Part shown: positions 1 to 11,194 of the stretch, piece by piece | Numbering within the stretch: the first letter of the stretch is position 1 | Layout of the letters: each line of letters starts with the position of its first letter | Assembly (NCBI GenBank): GCA_963741205.1 | Contig: CAVUHW010000027.1 | Location: forward strand, 96,001-160,000 | Direction: 5' to 3' | From: Nitrospirota bacterium | GTDB taxonomy: Bacteria; Nitrospirota; UBA9217 | Length of the DNA: 64,000 nt | Notes under the pieces: model-generated | What the model was told of the DNA's origin: nothing | What the model saw: the letters and a program-made list of their open reading frames with translations, nothing else | Databases searched by the model: none | Program-made: the position numbers and the translations under genes

Positions 1-470
1 CAAAAAGAAAAAACGACCTGCCAGGCGGAGATCGTCGGTAGTGCGGCGTTCACCCTGCACTCGCGCGAGCACTCGTCAGCGCTGGGTGCAGGCGGAGTGC
101 CGAGTGGAGAGTGGAATGGCAGTGAAGCACTATGGGCTACGAGATCCACATGGGCACGAGCACTGGCGACATCGGATTATTCAAGGTAAGAAGGCTGTCT
201 TCAGACTCCGCACTCCCAACTCCTAACTTCGAGCTGATTTTGGACGGTTCGATGAACGGCAACTGCTGGGGGACCTATCTGCATGGCATATTTGAAAACG
301 ATTCGTTCCGCAACGTTATTATCAATTCCGTCAGGGAACGAAAGGGTTTGCCCCCCGTGCAATCATTTGTGAGTTATTCAGGCTTAAAGGACCGGGCGCT
401 TGACAGACTCGCGGAAACAGTCAGGGAAAACCTTGATATGAGATTTATCGAAGGAATGATCGGGCTATGA
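1..470 (+). CDS. cobQ: Cobyric acid synthase, 3' part (truncated by window start; one frameshift near 130)
   Basis: EKTTCQ...GYEIHMG...[11 protein letters not shown]...[13 protein letters not shown] motifs of the CobQ glutaminase domain. Confidence 0.9.
51..93 (+). repeat. 43-bp hairpin mini-element, copy 1 (inside cobQ, within a heptamer array)
   Basis: CACCCTGCACTCGCGCGAGCACTCGTCAGCGCTGGGTGCAGGC; closely similar copies at 36087, 39312 and 55411. Confidence 0.85.
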
Positions 471-1892
471 ACCAGGCGAGGGGGCGGGGCATAATCATCG
501 CCGGGACCCACAGCGGCTGCGGCAAGACGACGGTGACGCTCGGCATCCTTGCGGCCTTCGAGGAAAAAGGGCCTCGCGGTGCAGCCCTTCAAGGCCGGCC
601 CCGATTTCATCGACTCGGGCCTTCACCGGCTTGTATCGGACAGACCGTCGCGAAACCTCGATCAATGGATGTGCGGGCCGGAGTATGTGCTCGAGTGTTT
701 CAGGAGGCATGCGGCGGGCGCCGACATCGCGGTGGTCGAGGGCGTGATGGGCATGTATGACGGCGATTCGAGCACGGCAAGCCTGGCCAGCCTTCTGCAT
801 GTGCCGGTCATTCTCGTGGTCGACGCGTACGGCATGGCCGAGAGCGCGGGGGCGGTGGTCGAAGGATTTGTCAATTTCGGATTGCGGATTCCGGAATGCG
901 GAATGGAGACGGTAAAATCCGAAATTCGCAGATTCGAAATCCGCACTGAAATTCGCCGGTGTGATCTTCAACCGGGTCGCTTCGGAGAACCATTACAAGA
1001 GGCTCAGCGACAGCGTCCGTGACGTGCCGGTCCTGGGTTATCTCCCGAGGGAACTGAACTTCGAGATCCCGCACCGCCATCTCGGCCTCAGCATTGCGGA
1101 AGAAAACCCGATCTGCCGGGGAGAATATCGACAGGCTTGCCGATGCGGTCATCCGTCACGTCGATATCGATGCGATCATTCGAGTCAGGCAGACATCCCG
1201 GACGCGGAACATCACGCACCACCCACAGTCAAGGGGCCGGACAAGGAGGGATCCGGGAGCATTCAGGCTCGCCGTTGCCTATGACAAGGCGTTCAGTTTT
1301 TATTATGAGGACAACCTGGATCTGATGCGCGATGCAGGTGCGGAGATCATCCGGTTCAGTCCGCTCGTTGACCGGGCCATCCCGGACCGGGCCGATGCCG
1401 TCTATATCGGAGGCGGGTATCCCGAGCTCCATGCCGAAGCGCTGTCCCGCAACAGGTCCATGCTCGCGTCGGTCCATGCATGGGCCAATGCCGGAAAACC
1501 GCTGTATGCCGAATGCGGCGGGATGATGTACCTTTCGAAGGGCATCCGTGATTTCGACAACAGGTTCTTCGCCATGGCCGGCGTGTTCCCCTTCGAAACG
1601 AGAATGACGAAGAAACCGCGCCTCGGCTACCGCGAGATCCTGCTGAACGAGGACTGCATCATCGGCGCCCGGGGCGAGAGATGCCGGGGGCACGAGTTCC
1701 ACTATTCGGAGATCCGGGAAGGCGCGCCGGGGCAGGTCTATTCGCTGTGCGACAGCCGCGGCAAGGTTCTCCCGGCCGAGGGGTTCCGGTACAAGAACAC
1801 CCTCGCCAGCTACGTCCATGTCCATTTCGGCAGCAACCGGCGTATCGTCGGAACATTTTGCAGGTTTTGGCAAGGGAGAAAGAATCGCATGA
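467..1892 (+). CDS. cbiA: Cobyrinate a,c-diamide synthase (split by several frameshifts)
   Basis: [74 protein letters not shown] across ORFs 467/549/961/1094. Confidence 0.9.
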
Positions 1893-2893
1893 AGGAAAGC
1901 ATCCTGCTTCTTGGGCACGGAAGCCCGAAAAAAGACGCCAACAATCTGGAGCGCGTCGGAAAGATGCTGCACGGCATGCTGCATGCCGGGTGCACGGAGG
2001 ATTGCGTCAAGGTCGCCTACCTGCAGTTTGCCGAGCCTGGCATCATCGGAGACCATCAAGACTTGCGTGGAGCGGGGTGCGAAAAAGATCATTCTTCATC
2101 CTTTTTTCCTGAGCGCGGGCATGCATGTGACCAAGGACATTCCCGGGATGATCGAGGAGGCGCGGGGGCTTTATCCCGGCGTGAACTTTATCTATACCGA
2201 GCCGCTCGGCGATCCATGAGAAACTGGCCCACATCGTAATGGAACGGATCAGCGCAGCGGAGGATCTCGCGCCGGCTGAAATAGAAAAGAGGAGTTTCGA
2301 TATCCTGTCCGCCGAGGCCGATCTGAGCGCTATTCCTTCCGACCGCCTGCCTATCGTCCAGCGCGTGATCCATGCAACCGCGGATTTTGAGTTCAAGAAC
2401 ACGCTGACATTCCACCCGGACGCCGTCGCCTGCGGGACTCAATGCGATCAAGTCGGGAAAGGACATTCTGACCGACGTGGAAATGGTAAGAACAGGGATC
2501 AACAAGAAGCTGCTGTCCCGATGGGGAGGAAAGGTCATCTGCGGAATACAGGAGTCCGGAACCGGGAGCCAGGAGTCAGGAAACAAAGACCAGAGCGGAA
2601 CGAGGGGATCGAAAAGGCGTTACAGGAGAATGACAACATCGGCATCATCGCCATTGGAAACGCGCCTACGGCGCTGATCAGGGCGATAGAGATTTTAAAC
2701 AACCCGGAACTCGCGACGCCGTCTCGCAACCGCTTGTTGTCGGTGTCCCCGTGGGCTTCGTGAAGGCCGTTGAATCAAAGGCACTCCTGGCGTCCCAGCG
2801 GTTTCCGTTCATCACTGCCCTGGGAGGAAAGGCGGCACGCCCGTGGCCGTGGCGATCGTGAACGCATTATTGAAAATGGCAGGCGAGAAGTGA
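1889..2893 (+). CDS. cbiC: CbiX cobaltochelatase - CbiC precorrin-8X methylmutase fusion (frameshifted)
   Basis: LLGHGS, AYLQFAEP, PFFLSAGMHVTKDIP (CbiX), then IEKRSFDI, RVIHATADF, IAIGNAPTAL, PVGFV (CbiC). Confidence 0.8.
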
Positions 2894-2996
2894 AGAATTC
2901 AACATTCACGATTCAAAGTATGAACAGCTGCGGGATTTTGCTTGTTTCCTGACTACTGGCTACTGGCTGCTGGCCACTGCCTCCGACGCTCATGCC

Positions 2997-3672
2997 ATGC
3001 ACATATCTGAAGGCATTTTGCCTTTTAACTGGGCGGCGCTCTGGTTTCTCGTTGCCCTGCCGTTTGTCGCGATATGGATTAAACCGGTTGAAGAAGATGT
3101 CTTCGGCCGACCTGTCGTTCAAGCCCCTCGTCGGCCTCATGGCTGCGGTCGTCTTTATCATCTCCTGCATGCCGGTACCGGTGCCTACCGCCGGAACCTG
3201 CTCCCATCCCTGCGGGACGGGAATATCAGGGATACTGCTTGGTCCTGCTATCAGCGTACTGATCACGGCTGCGGCTCTCCTGATTCAGGCGCTTTTTCTC
3301 GCCCACGGGGGGTTGAGCACCTGGGGTGCGGATATCGTGTCCATGGGCGTGGTCGGTTCCTTTGCCGGATACTTCACCTTCAAGGCTTTGCGCGCTTTAA
3401 AAATAAACATGGCGGTTGCGGGATTCGCGGCGGGGCTCTTTGCCGACTGGGCGACCTATCTTACCACGTCCGTGGAACTTGCCTCGGGCATACGGGGGGA
3501 CTCGCCGTTTCTCCCGCTCTTCTGGAAAATCGTGATCGCTTTTATCCCGACTCAGCTTCCGCTGGGGATACTGGAAGGAGCGATGACATCCGGCATGGTC
3601 GTCCTCCTGTATAAAAAGCGGCCTGATCTTCTCGTCAAAATGGGCGTGGTAAAAGCGGGGGAAGCGATATGA
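2997..3672 (+). CDS. cbiM: ECF cobalt transporter substrate-binding component; probable signal peptide from about 2890; one frameshift
   Basis: MHISEGILP N-terminus, GTCSHPCGTG, QALFLAHGGLSTWGA, PTQLPLGILEG. Confidence 0.9.
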
Positions 3673-4056
3673 AGGGCCAAAGGTCAGAGGTCAAGGGTCA
3701 GAGGTACAGAAACAATACGGCAATTTAGCGGTGCTACGTTTCGTCTGTCTTGCTGCTTGCTACTTCTGTCATCGATGCCTTCCGCCGCTGAAAAATGGCA
3801 GGGCGCCGACGAAGCCGTGGTCGAGAAGTTCGCAAAGGAACACGGCAGGGAGGCGCGGGAACCGTTCATCAATACCAACCAGGGAGATCTTCTTCTTTTC
3901 GTTTTTCTGACCGCGGGAGCGATCGGAGGTTTTGCTGCGGGTTATTATTGGAGAAAACTGACAGAGGCCGGGACAGAGAAAGATAACAGCCATGGACATG
4001 CTGACCGAATATCCAAGAAAAAGATCATATCCTTTCAAGGGTCGATGCGCGGTTAA
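3669..4056 (+). CDS. cbiN: Cobalt transporter accessory membrane protein (ends approximate, frameshifted)
   Basis: KWQGADEAVVEKFA...GDLLLFVFLTAGAIGGFAAGYYWR; lies between cbiM and cbiQ. Confidence 0.7.
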
Positions 4057-4745
4057 AATACTGCTTGCCCTGGTCCTTTTGGCAATGGTCTTGAGTTGCC
4101 GCGGATTCATGTTTCCCGCCGCAACGGCGGGGCTCGCGTTTTTATTGTGCATCACGATAAGGGTCCCTTTGCGGATTTTTGTTCTCAGATTTTCCGAGCC
4201 TCTGTTTATCGCCGCTATCGTGCTCGTCCTGAAGCTATTTTCCTCCGGACATGACGCGCTATTTTCCCTGAACATCTTCGGCCTCCATCTTGTCGGGCAC
4301 CGGGACGGCCTTCTTGAAGGACTTATCATCTGCAACAGGATCATCGGCGCTGTTTCCATCGTTGCCCTGCTCGGATTTTCCACTCCCTTTACCGAAATCA
4401 TGGCAGGCCCTTTCCTGGCTCAGGGTCCCGAAGGGTTTCATAGAGATTCTAATGTTCGCCTACCGATATATCTTCATGCTTTTTGAGGACGCGATGGTCA
4501 TCTACCAGGCTCAGAAAAACCGTCTCGGTTATTCTACGATCAGGAGAGGGCTGAGCTCATTCGGTACACTGGCGGGGTCTCTGATAATCAAGGCTTTTGA
4601 CCACAGCCAGAGCACCACCGTCTCAATGGTCCAGCGGGGGTACGACGGCACCATCCCGACGCTCCGGCACAAGCCTTTCCGGTCTTCGGAGGTGCTGGCG
4701 TCCGCGCTCTTTCTGCTTGTCATGGGGTTTGTATGGAGGCTATAA
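3992..4745 (+). CDS. cbiQ: ECF cobalt transporter T component (frameshifted)
   Basis: Multi-TM protein; FAYRYIFML, AQKNRLGY, MVQRGYDG. Confidence 0.85.
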
Positions 4746-5571
4746 TCAGGCTCTCGGTCGTCCTGAGTTCCTTTTCCTACGCCGACGGGACAGAAGCCCT
4801 GAGCGATATCAGGCTTGACATCAGAAAAGGCGAGTTCACAGGCATTCTAGGCTCGAACGGCTCGGGTAAAACGACGCTCCTCAAGGTGATGGACGGGCTG
4901 ATTAAGGATTACCAGGGCAGCGTTCTCCTCGACGGGGCCGACATCAGGAAACTGTCTCCGAAGGAGATCTACCGGAAAGTCGGCCTCGTGTTCCAGAATC
5001 CCGATGACCAGCTCTTCGCCCCGACCGTGCTGGAAGACGTCTCCTTCGGCCCCATCAATATGGGCTTTTCCGAAGATGAGGTCGTCGGCGGGTAAAGGCG
5101 GCACTGCAGGACGTGGAGATGGAGGGCTTCGCGAAGAAGTCCATCCATAACCTGAGCTTCGGCCAGAAAAAACGAATCTGCATCGCCGGTCTCCTGGCGA
5201 TGGGGCATGAGATCCTGCTCCTGGATGAGCCGACAGCCGGACTGGACCCCATGGGCGAATACAGGATGATGGACCTTTTGACAAGGTTGAACAGGGAAAA
5301 AGGCGTAACCGTGGTCATGGCGACCCACAGCGTCGACCTTGTTCCGTTGTTTCTCGACCGCCTTTATATCCTCAGCAAAGGACGCATCGCACGCAGCGGG
5401 CCTCCGGAAGAGGTTTTTACGGCGCCCGAGGACATGGCCCAGGTGAAACTCAGGCTGCCCCGGATCGCGGAGCTGATTTACCGGCTCAAGCATGAGGACG
5501 GGATGCCGTTCGGAAAAATCCCGCTTACCGTCGGCGAGGCGCGGCGGGAGATTCTGAGAATTGCGAAATGA
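4733..5571 (+). CDS. cbiO: ECF cobalt transporter ATPase (frameshift near 5090)
   Basis: GSNGSGKTT, VFQNPDDQLF, LSFGQKKR, LLLDEPTAGLDP. Confidence 0.9.
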
Positions 5572-5637
5572 AAATTGAAATGTTTAAATTAGAAATTACC
5601 CATCTGCAATTTCCCATTTACAATCGAGCGAAGCGAC

Positions 5638-6156
5638 ATGCGTAGAGGATACATTCAGGTCTATACCGGAAACGGAAAAGGCAAGACTACCGCCGCGCTT
5701 GGACTTGCCATTCGGGCGGCGGGCGCAGGGCTCAGGATATTCATAGCCCAGTTCATCAAAAAACGAAAATGCAGTGAACATGTCCTCCTTGAGGAGCTAA
5801 GCGACCGCATAACCGTCAAGCAATACGGCAAGGGTTTCATCATGCGGGCAAAGCCGTCAAAAGCGGATTTTCAGGCCGCGCGGGACGGGTATGAGGAAGT
5901 CCGGAACGTGATGCTCTCGAAACAGTACGACGTCGTTGTCCTCGATGAGGCAAACGTGGCCGTGCATTACGGGTTGATTTCGGAACATGACCTTCTGGAG
6001 CTTATGACGGAAAAGCCCAAGAGCGTGGAACTGGTTATTACCGGCCGGTACGCGGGCGAAAAGGTCATGCAGGCGGCGGACCTCGTAACGGAGATGCGAG
6101 AGATCAAACATTACCGGGAACAGGGAGTAACGGCGAGGCGTGGAATCGAAAAATAA
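5638..6156 (+). CDS. cobO: Cob(I)yrinic acid a,c-diamide adenosyltransferase (BtuR/CobO family)
   Basis: QVYTGNGKGKTTAALG, AQFIK, VLDE, ELVITGRYA, ADLVTEM. Confidence 0.92.
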   Translation: MRRGYIQVYTGNGKGKTTAALGLAIRAAGAGLRIFIAQFIKKRKCSEHVLLEELSDRITVKQYGKGFIMRAKPSKADFQAARDGYEEVRNVMLSKQYDVVVLDEANVAVHYGLISEHDLLELMTEKPKSVELVITGRYAGEKVMQAADLVTEMREIKHYREQGVTARRGIEK

Positions 6157-7258
6157 AAAACTCCGGTCCGGATTTACGACCGGCGCCTGCGCTGCGGCGG
6201 CTGCCAAAGCGGCGGCGATGCTTTTGTTGCGGAATGAAAAACAGATCGAACAGGTGGAGATTCCGTTTCCGGATGGGAGCAGGTTTACGTTCAAGATTCA
6301 TGATGCAGGATGCAGGATTCAAGATAATACCGCATTCGCCTCGGTCATCAAGGATGCCGGAGACGATCCCGATGTAACGAATGGCGCGGAGATAGTGGCT
6401 ACTGTTCAGGGTTCAGAGTTCGGAGTTCACAATGAAATAATGCCCCTAATCATCATCAATGGCGGCAAGGGAGTAGGGACGGTTACCAAACCGGGTCTCG
6501 CCATCCCTGTTGGTGAGCCGGCAATTAACCCGGTTCCGCGGAAGATGATCACAGAAGCCGTAGCCGAAGCGATGAGAGAGCTCAATCCGCAATCCGCAAT
6601 CCGAAATCCGCAATTGGAAGTCACCATCTCCGTCCCGGCAGGCGAAGAGCTGGCAAAGAAAACCTTGAACCACCGGCTTGGCATTGTCGGCGGCATCTCG
6701 ATCCTCGGTACCACGGGTATCGTACGCCCCGTATCCGCCGAGGCCTGGACAGCGACCATCACGGCGTCCATGGACGTGGCAAAGGCGGCCGGTCTCAGCG
6801 CAGTGGTCATCTCTTCGGGGCGGACTTCCGAAAAGGCGCACATGAAGAAATATCATTTCCCCGAGGAAGCTTATGCGATGATGGGCGATTACCTTGAATT
6901 TTCGCTGAAAGACGCGAAACAGCACGGATTCCGCGAGGTCCATCTCTGCGCTCAGTGGGCCAAGATGCTCAAAGCCGCCATGGGCACGCCGCAGACCCAT
7001 GTACGGAACGGCGCCCTGGAAGCGGCCGAGGCCGCGGATTTTTTATTGCGTCTCGGAATCGATCTCCCCCGTGATAAGACGTTCAACACGTCACGAGAGA
7101 TCTTCGATTACATTCAATCCGCAGTCCGCAATCCCCAATCCGCAATGAAAACGGTTTGTACTGCGGCGAAGCGCTATGCCGAGGGGATCACCTTGGGGAT
7201 CCCGGTCATCGCCCATCTCGTATCCTATGAGGGAGACATCCTTGCAGAAAGCGAATAA
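6140..7258 (+). CDS. cbiD: Cobalt-precorrin-5B C1-methyltransferase
   Basis: LRSGFTTGACAAAAAKAA, KDAGDDPDVTNG, AINPVPR, LGIVGGISILGTTG. Confidence 0.95.
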   Translation: MESKNKKLRSGFTTGACAAAAAKAAAMLLLRNEKQIEQVEIPFPDGSRFTFKIHDAGCRIQDNTAFASVIKDAGDDPDVTNGAEIVATVQGSEFGVHNEIMPLIIINGGKGVGTVTKPGLAIPVGEPAINPVPRKMITEAVAEAMRELNPQSAIRNPQLEVTISVPAGEELAKKTLNHRLGIVGGISILGTTGIVRPVSAEAWTATITASMDVAKAAGLSAVVISSGRTSEKAHMKKYHFPEEAYAMMGDYLEFSLKDAKQHGFREVHLCAQWAKMLKAAMGTPQTHVRNGALEAAEAADFLLRLGIDLPRDKTFNTSREIFDYIQSAVRNPQSAMKTVCTAAKRYAEGITLGIPVIAHLVSYEGDILAESE

Positions 7259-8531
7259 ACTCTCCGTCGTCGGTATTGGCTATCGCCCCCTCGGAAAGCG
7301 CGCGCAAGAGCTCGTGCGCGCAGCAGACGTCATTCTTGCATCATCCCGGCTCTTTGAGGTCTTTCAACAATACGCTGAATTCGAGGCGGTCAAAGACCGC
7401 ATCAAAGTAATCAACAAGGTGCCTGATACAATCGCCTTTATCCGGGAATGGTTTTCACAACCGGCTGTGCGACCCTTCGTACTTCTCGCGTCGGGAGACC
7501 CCTTTTTCTTCGGGATCGGCAGGAGGATGATCGAGGAGTTCGGGAGCGAACTCGTGGAGATCTTCCCTGACCTTTCGAGCGTTCAAACGGCCTTTGCCCG
7601 GATCAACGTACCGTGGGACGACGCTTTCTTCATCAGCCTGCACGGCGGGCCTGACATCGCAAAGAGGCGCAAGCTTCCCTACGAGATTTCGGACATTCCA
7701 TGGCTGATCGAGCGCCACGGCAAGATGGGAATTCTTACCGACAGGGAAAATAATCCCTCAGTCGTGGCGAAGGCCTTGCACTCAGCACGACGAACCCCGC
7801 ACTCCGAACTGATCATGCACGTCTGCGAACGGCTCGGCTACCCCGATGAAAAGATCACCCGGGGAACCCCCGGCGAGATAGCGGGCAAGTCTTTTCCCGA
7901 TCCGAATGTGGTGATTATTATACGACAGGAGTCAGGTGCCCCCGACCGGGGGGCAGGCAGAAGAGTACGATTCGGATTGAAAGAGGATGATATTCAACAT
8001 GAACGGGGATTGATAACCAAGGACGAAGTTCGGGCAGTGACAATTCACAAACTTTGTCTCCCTCAGGACGGCGTTCTCTGGGACATCGGGTCCGGTTCGG
8101 GCGCGGTTTCGCTCGAGGCCGCGCGTCTCTGCCCGGGACTTCGGGTGATTGCCGTCGAGAAAGAGCGAGAACGGACCGAGACGATCAGAACGAACATAAG
8201 ACGCTACCATGCAGGAAACGTGGAGATCGTCCACGGCCCCGCGCCCGATGCGCTGAGGGACCTGCCCGCTCCGGACCGGGTATTCATCGGAGGCAGCGGA
8301 GGGAACCTGGGCGATATCATCAGGCGTGTGAATGAGAAGATGTCTGCGGGGATAGTCGTGATCAATGCGGCAAGCCTTGATACGCTGGGCGCCGCACTGG
8401 CAGCCCTGGATGCGAACGGGTTCTCAGCGGAGGTGGCCGAGATATCGGTGTCCCGGTCGAAGGTCGTTGCAGGCAAACGGTTGATGAGCGCGCTTAATCC
8501 CGTGTTCATCATACGGGGAGAGAAAGGCTGA
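7242..8531 (+). CDS. cbiE: Bifunctional precorrin-6Y C5,15-methyltransferase CbiE/CbiT
   Basis: VLLASGDPFFFGIG, VCERLGYPDE, then GLITKDEVR, WDIGSGSGAV, PDRVFIGGSGG. Confidence 0.92.
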   Translation: MQKANKLSVVGIGYRPLGKRAQELVRAADVILASSRLFEVFQQYAEFEAVKDRIKVINKVPDTIAFIREWFSQPAVRPFVLLASGDPFFFGIGRRMIEEFGSELVEIFPDLSSVQTAFARINVPWDDAFFISLHGGPDIAKRRKLPYEISDIPWLIERHGKMGILTDRENNPSVVAKALHSARRTPHSELIMHVCERLGYPDEKITRGTPGEIAGKSFPDPNVVIIIRQESGAPDRGAGRRVRFGLKEDDIQHERGLITKDEVRAVTIHKLCLPQDGVLWDIGSGSGAVSLEAARLCPGLRVIAVEKERERTETIRTNIRRYHAGNVEIVHGPAPDALRDLPAPDRVFIGGSGGNLGDIIRRVNEKMSAGIVVINAASLDTLGAALAALDANGFSAEVAEISVSRSKVVAGKRLMSALNPVFIIRGEKG

Positions 8532-8532
8532 T

Positions 8533-9278
8533 ATGGCGGGAAAACTGTTTGTCCTCGGCATCGGGCCCGGCGATCCCGAACTCATGACCTTGAAGGCAGT
8601 TCGAGTCCTGAAAGAGGTCCCCTGCATCATTGTCCCGAAAGGGCGGGAAGAGGGGAGCAGCCTAGCACTTTCCATCGTCCGGAGAATCCTCCCCCTTGAG
8701 GGCAAGGAAATCGTAGAAGCGCACTTCCCGATGGTAAAAACAGTCCAGAGTTGCGGAGTCGGGAGTCCGGGGCGAGATGTGCGGACGAACTCGACTCCAA
8801 ATGGAACGAGATCGCGGAAGAGGTCTTGATGAGGGTGGAAAAGGGAACGGACGTCGCCTTCATCACCATCGGAGATCCCGGCATCTACAGCACATTCTTC
8901 TACCTGTACGACAAACTGCTCCAGCGCAAGCCGATCGCTGGAAATTGAGATTGTCCCCGGCATATCCTCCATCAATGCCGCTGCGGCAAGGGCGGGACTC
9001 TCTCTCGGGCTCGGCAACGACAGGATCGCGATCCTTCCGGTGAACTACCTGGACAGCCTGCAGGAGACGCTGGAGAAGTTCGACACCGTGGTGCTCATGA
9101 AGGTAGGCAAGGTCTTCGATACGGTCAGGGATACACTGACCAGGATGAACCTTGCAGACTGCCGCGACCTTCGTTGCGCGGGCGGGCATGGACGACGAGC
9201 GGATACGGAAGGACATCCAGACAGGTGAGGGAGGAAGACCTGAATTATTTTTCCCTGGTGATCGTGAGGAAACGATGA
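8533..9278 (+). CDS. cbiL: Precorrin-2 C20-methyltransferase (frameshifted)
   Basis: GIGPGDPELMTLKA, HFPM, AFITIGDPGIYSTF, VVLMKV, YFSLVIV. Confidence 0.88.
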
Positions 9279-10034
9279 AGACGTTCGTCTATTTCGTGGG
9301 CGCGGGGCCGGGAGATCCCGAGCTCATCACCGTGAAGGGCAGAAAGGCTCTCGATGCCGCCGACGTGGTGATCTACGCCGGAAGCCTCGTGAACCCCGCG
9401 CTCCTTGACGGGATCAAGGCAGAGATCTTCGATTCGGCCAAGATGGATCTTGGCGAGATCGTCGCGGTCGTGAGGAAGGCGGTCGCGAACGGCCAGACCG
9501 TGGTGCGGCTTCATACCGGAGATACGTCTTTCTACAGCGCCATTTCGGAACAGATCGAACGGCTCCGTGAACTGAATATTCCTTACGAGGTAATTCCCGG
9601 CGTGTCATCGGCCATGGCAGGGGCCGCGATCCTCGGACAGGAACTGACCATCCCCGAAATCAGCCAGACCGTCATCTTCACGAGGATGGAAGGCAGGACC
9701 CCGGTACCGGCATCCGAGCGGCTCGGCTCCCTCGCTTTGCATCGCGCAACCATGGCTATCTTTTTGAGCGCGGGAATGATCGAAAAAGTGCGGGACGAAC
9801 TGCTGCAGGGCTATCCTGCTGACACTCCTGTTGTGATCATCGAAAGGGCCACCTGGCCTGACCAGAAGGTTGTCCAGGGGCGCGTTGCAGGACCTCGCCT
9901 GCCTGGTGAAGGACGCGGGCATCAGGAAGACGGCGCTGATTTATGTCGGCGAGTCGCTCCGGGCTTCGGAAGAATCTCTCGGGAAAGAGTCCAAGCTTTA
10001 TCACAAGGACTTCAAGCATGAATATAGGAAATAG
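9275..10034 (+). CDS. cbiF: Precorrin-4 C11-methyltransferase (frameshift near 9895)
   Basis: [48 protein letters not shown]. Confidence 0.92.
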
Positions 10035-10040
10035 TACCCA

Positions 10041-10119
10041 TCCCCCTCTCAATCTCCCCCTTGAAGGGGGAGAAGTTTAATGCTCCTCCCCTTCAAGGGG
10101 AGGCTGGGTGGGGATGGGG
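10041..10119. repeat. Paired GC-rich palindromes (CTCCCCCTT..AAGGGGGAG family)
   Basis: CCCCCTCTCAATCTCCCCCTTGAAGGGGGAG and CTCCCCTTCAAGGGGAGGCTGGGTGGGG in inverted arrangement. Confidence 0.75.
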
Positions 10120-10134
10120 CTCACGGATTGCGGA

Positions 10135-11194
10135 ATGAAGAAAACGGCGATCATTTACATTACAGATAACGGTCTGAAATTAGCGGAGCGGCTCAAGATG
10201 TGTCTTCAGGATGCTGAGATAGTCCGGTATGCTTCCGGTCTCGTTCCTGATTTCTGGGCAGCACATGAAGCCCTGGTTTTCATCATGGCTTCCGGCATCG
10301 TCGTGCGGACGATTGCTCCTCTCTTGAAGGACAAGAAGACCGATCCGGCAGTCGTTGTTCTCGACGATGCGGGCAAGTTTGCCGTTAGCCTTGCAGGCGG
10401 ACACCTGGGAGGCGCCAACGAACTGGCGCGGGAGATCGCGCAATTCCTGGGGGGAGAGGCGGTCATCACGACAGCTTCGGACGTGAACGGTCTCCCGTCC
10501 CTTGACCTTTGGGCTAAGGACCACAATCTGATCATCGAGAATTGGCACGACCTCCCTCAGGTCGGCACGCGATACGTGAATAACGGCGGGCTGCGGATCT
10601 ATTCCGACATCCCTTTTATTTTTCCCGATGAATTCCTGAAGGTCGCCGATCCCCGGTTCGCCGATGTCATCATTACCAATCGCAGGGACGTGTACGCCGG
10701 CTCTCCGAGATGTACCATAACCGGAGAAGGATGTTCCACGGATGCCTGTCGCGTAAAAGGGCAGGTTTACCTTAGGCCGATCAACCTTGTTGTCGGCATC
10801 GGCTGCAACAGCGGCACGTCCCAGGACGAGGTCGAGAGTGCGGTGCTCTCGACGCTCGAAGAGCACAACCTTGCATTCTCGTCAGTTCATGTACATCGCC
10901 ACCATTGATATCAAACGTGATGAGCCTGGCCTAAAGGCTTTTGTTCAAAAATATAATTTCCCCCTGCGCACTTTCAATTCCCAGGAGCTGAACCGCGTAG
11001 AGGGAATTGTGAAATCGGCCACCGTAATGAGGGCGACGGGTGCTTTCGGAGTTGCGGAGCCGGCAGCGCTCCTTGCCGCAGGCGCGGACAGGCTGCTCGT
11101 ACCGAAGCAAAAAAAAGGAAATGTGACCGTGGCGATAGTTGAAACTAAGAATATGCCAAGTTCAGGGTTCGGAGTAGAGAGCGAAAAAGAAGTA
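10135..11194 (+). CDS. cbiG: Cobalt-precorrin-5A hydrolase (frameshift near 10890; reads in frame into cbiH)
   Basis: FIMASGIVVRTIAP, DPAVVV, GGHLGGAN, VITTASD, VVGIGCN, GVAEPAAL, NVTVAI. Confidence 0.88.

Noticed and set aside
1094-2239. Apparent CbiA-CbiX fusion in the ORF track
   Set aside because: One indel near 1865 would end CbiA at the overlapping ATGA (1889-1892), the usual coupling pattern, so this is likely an artefact.
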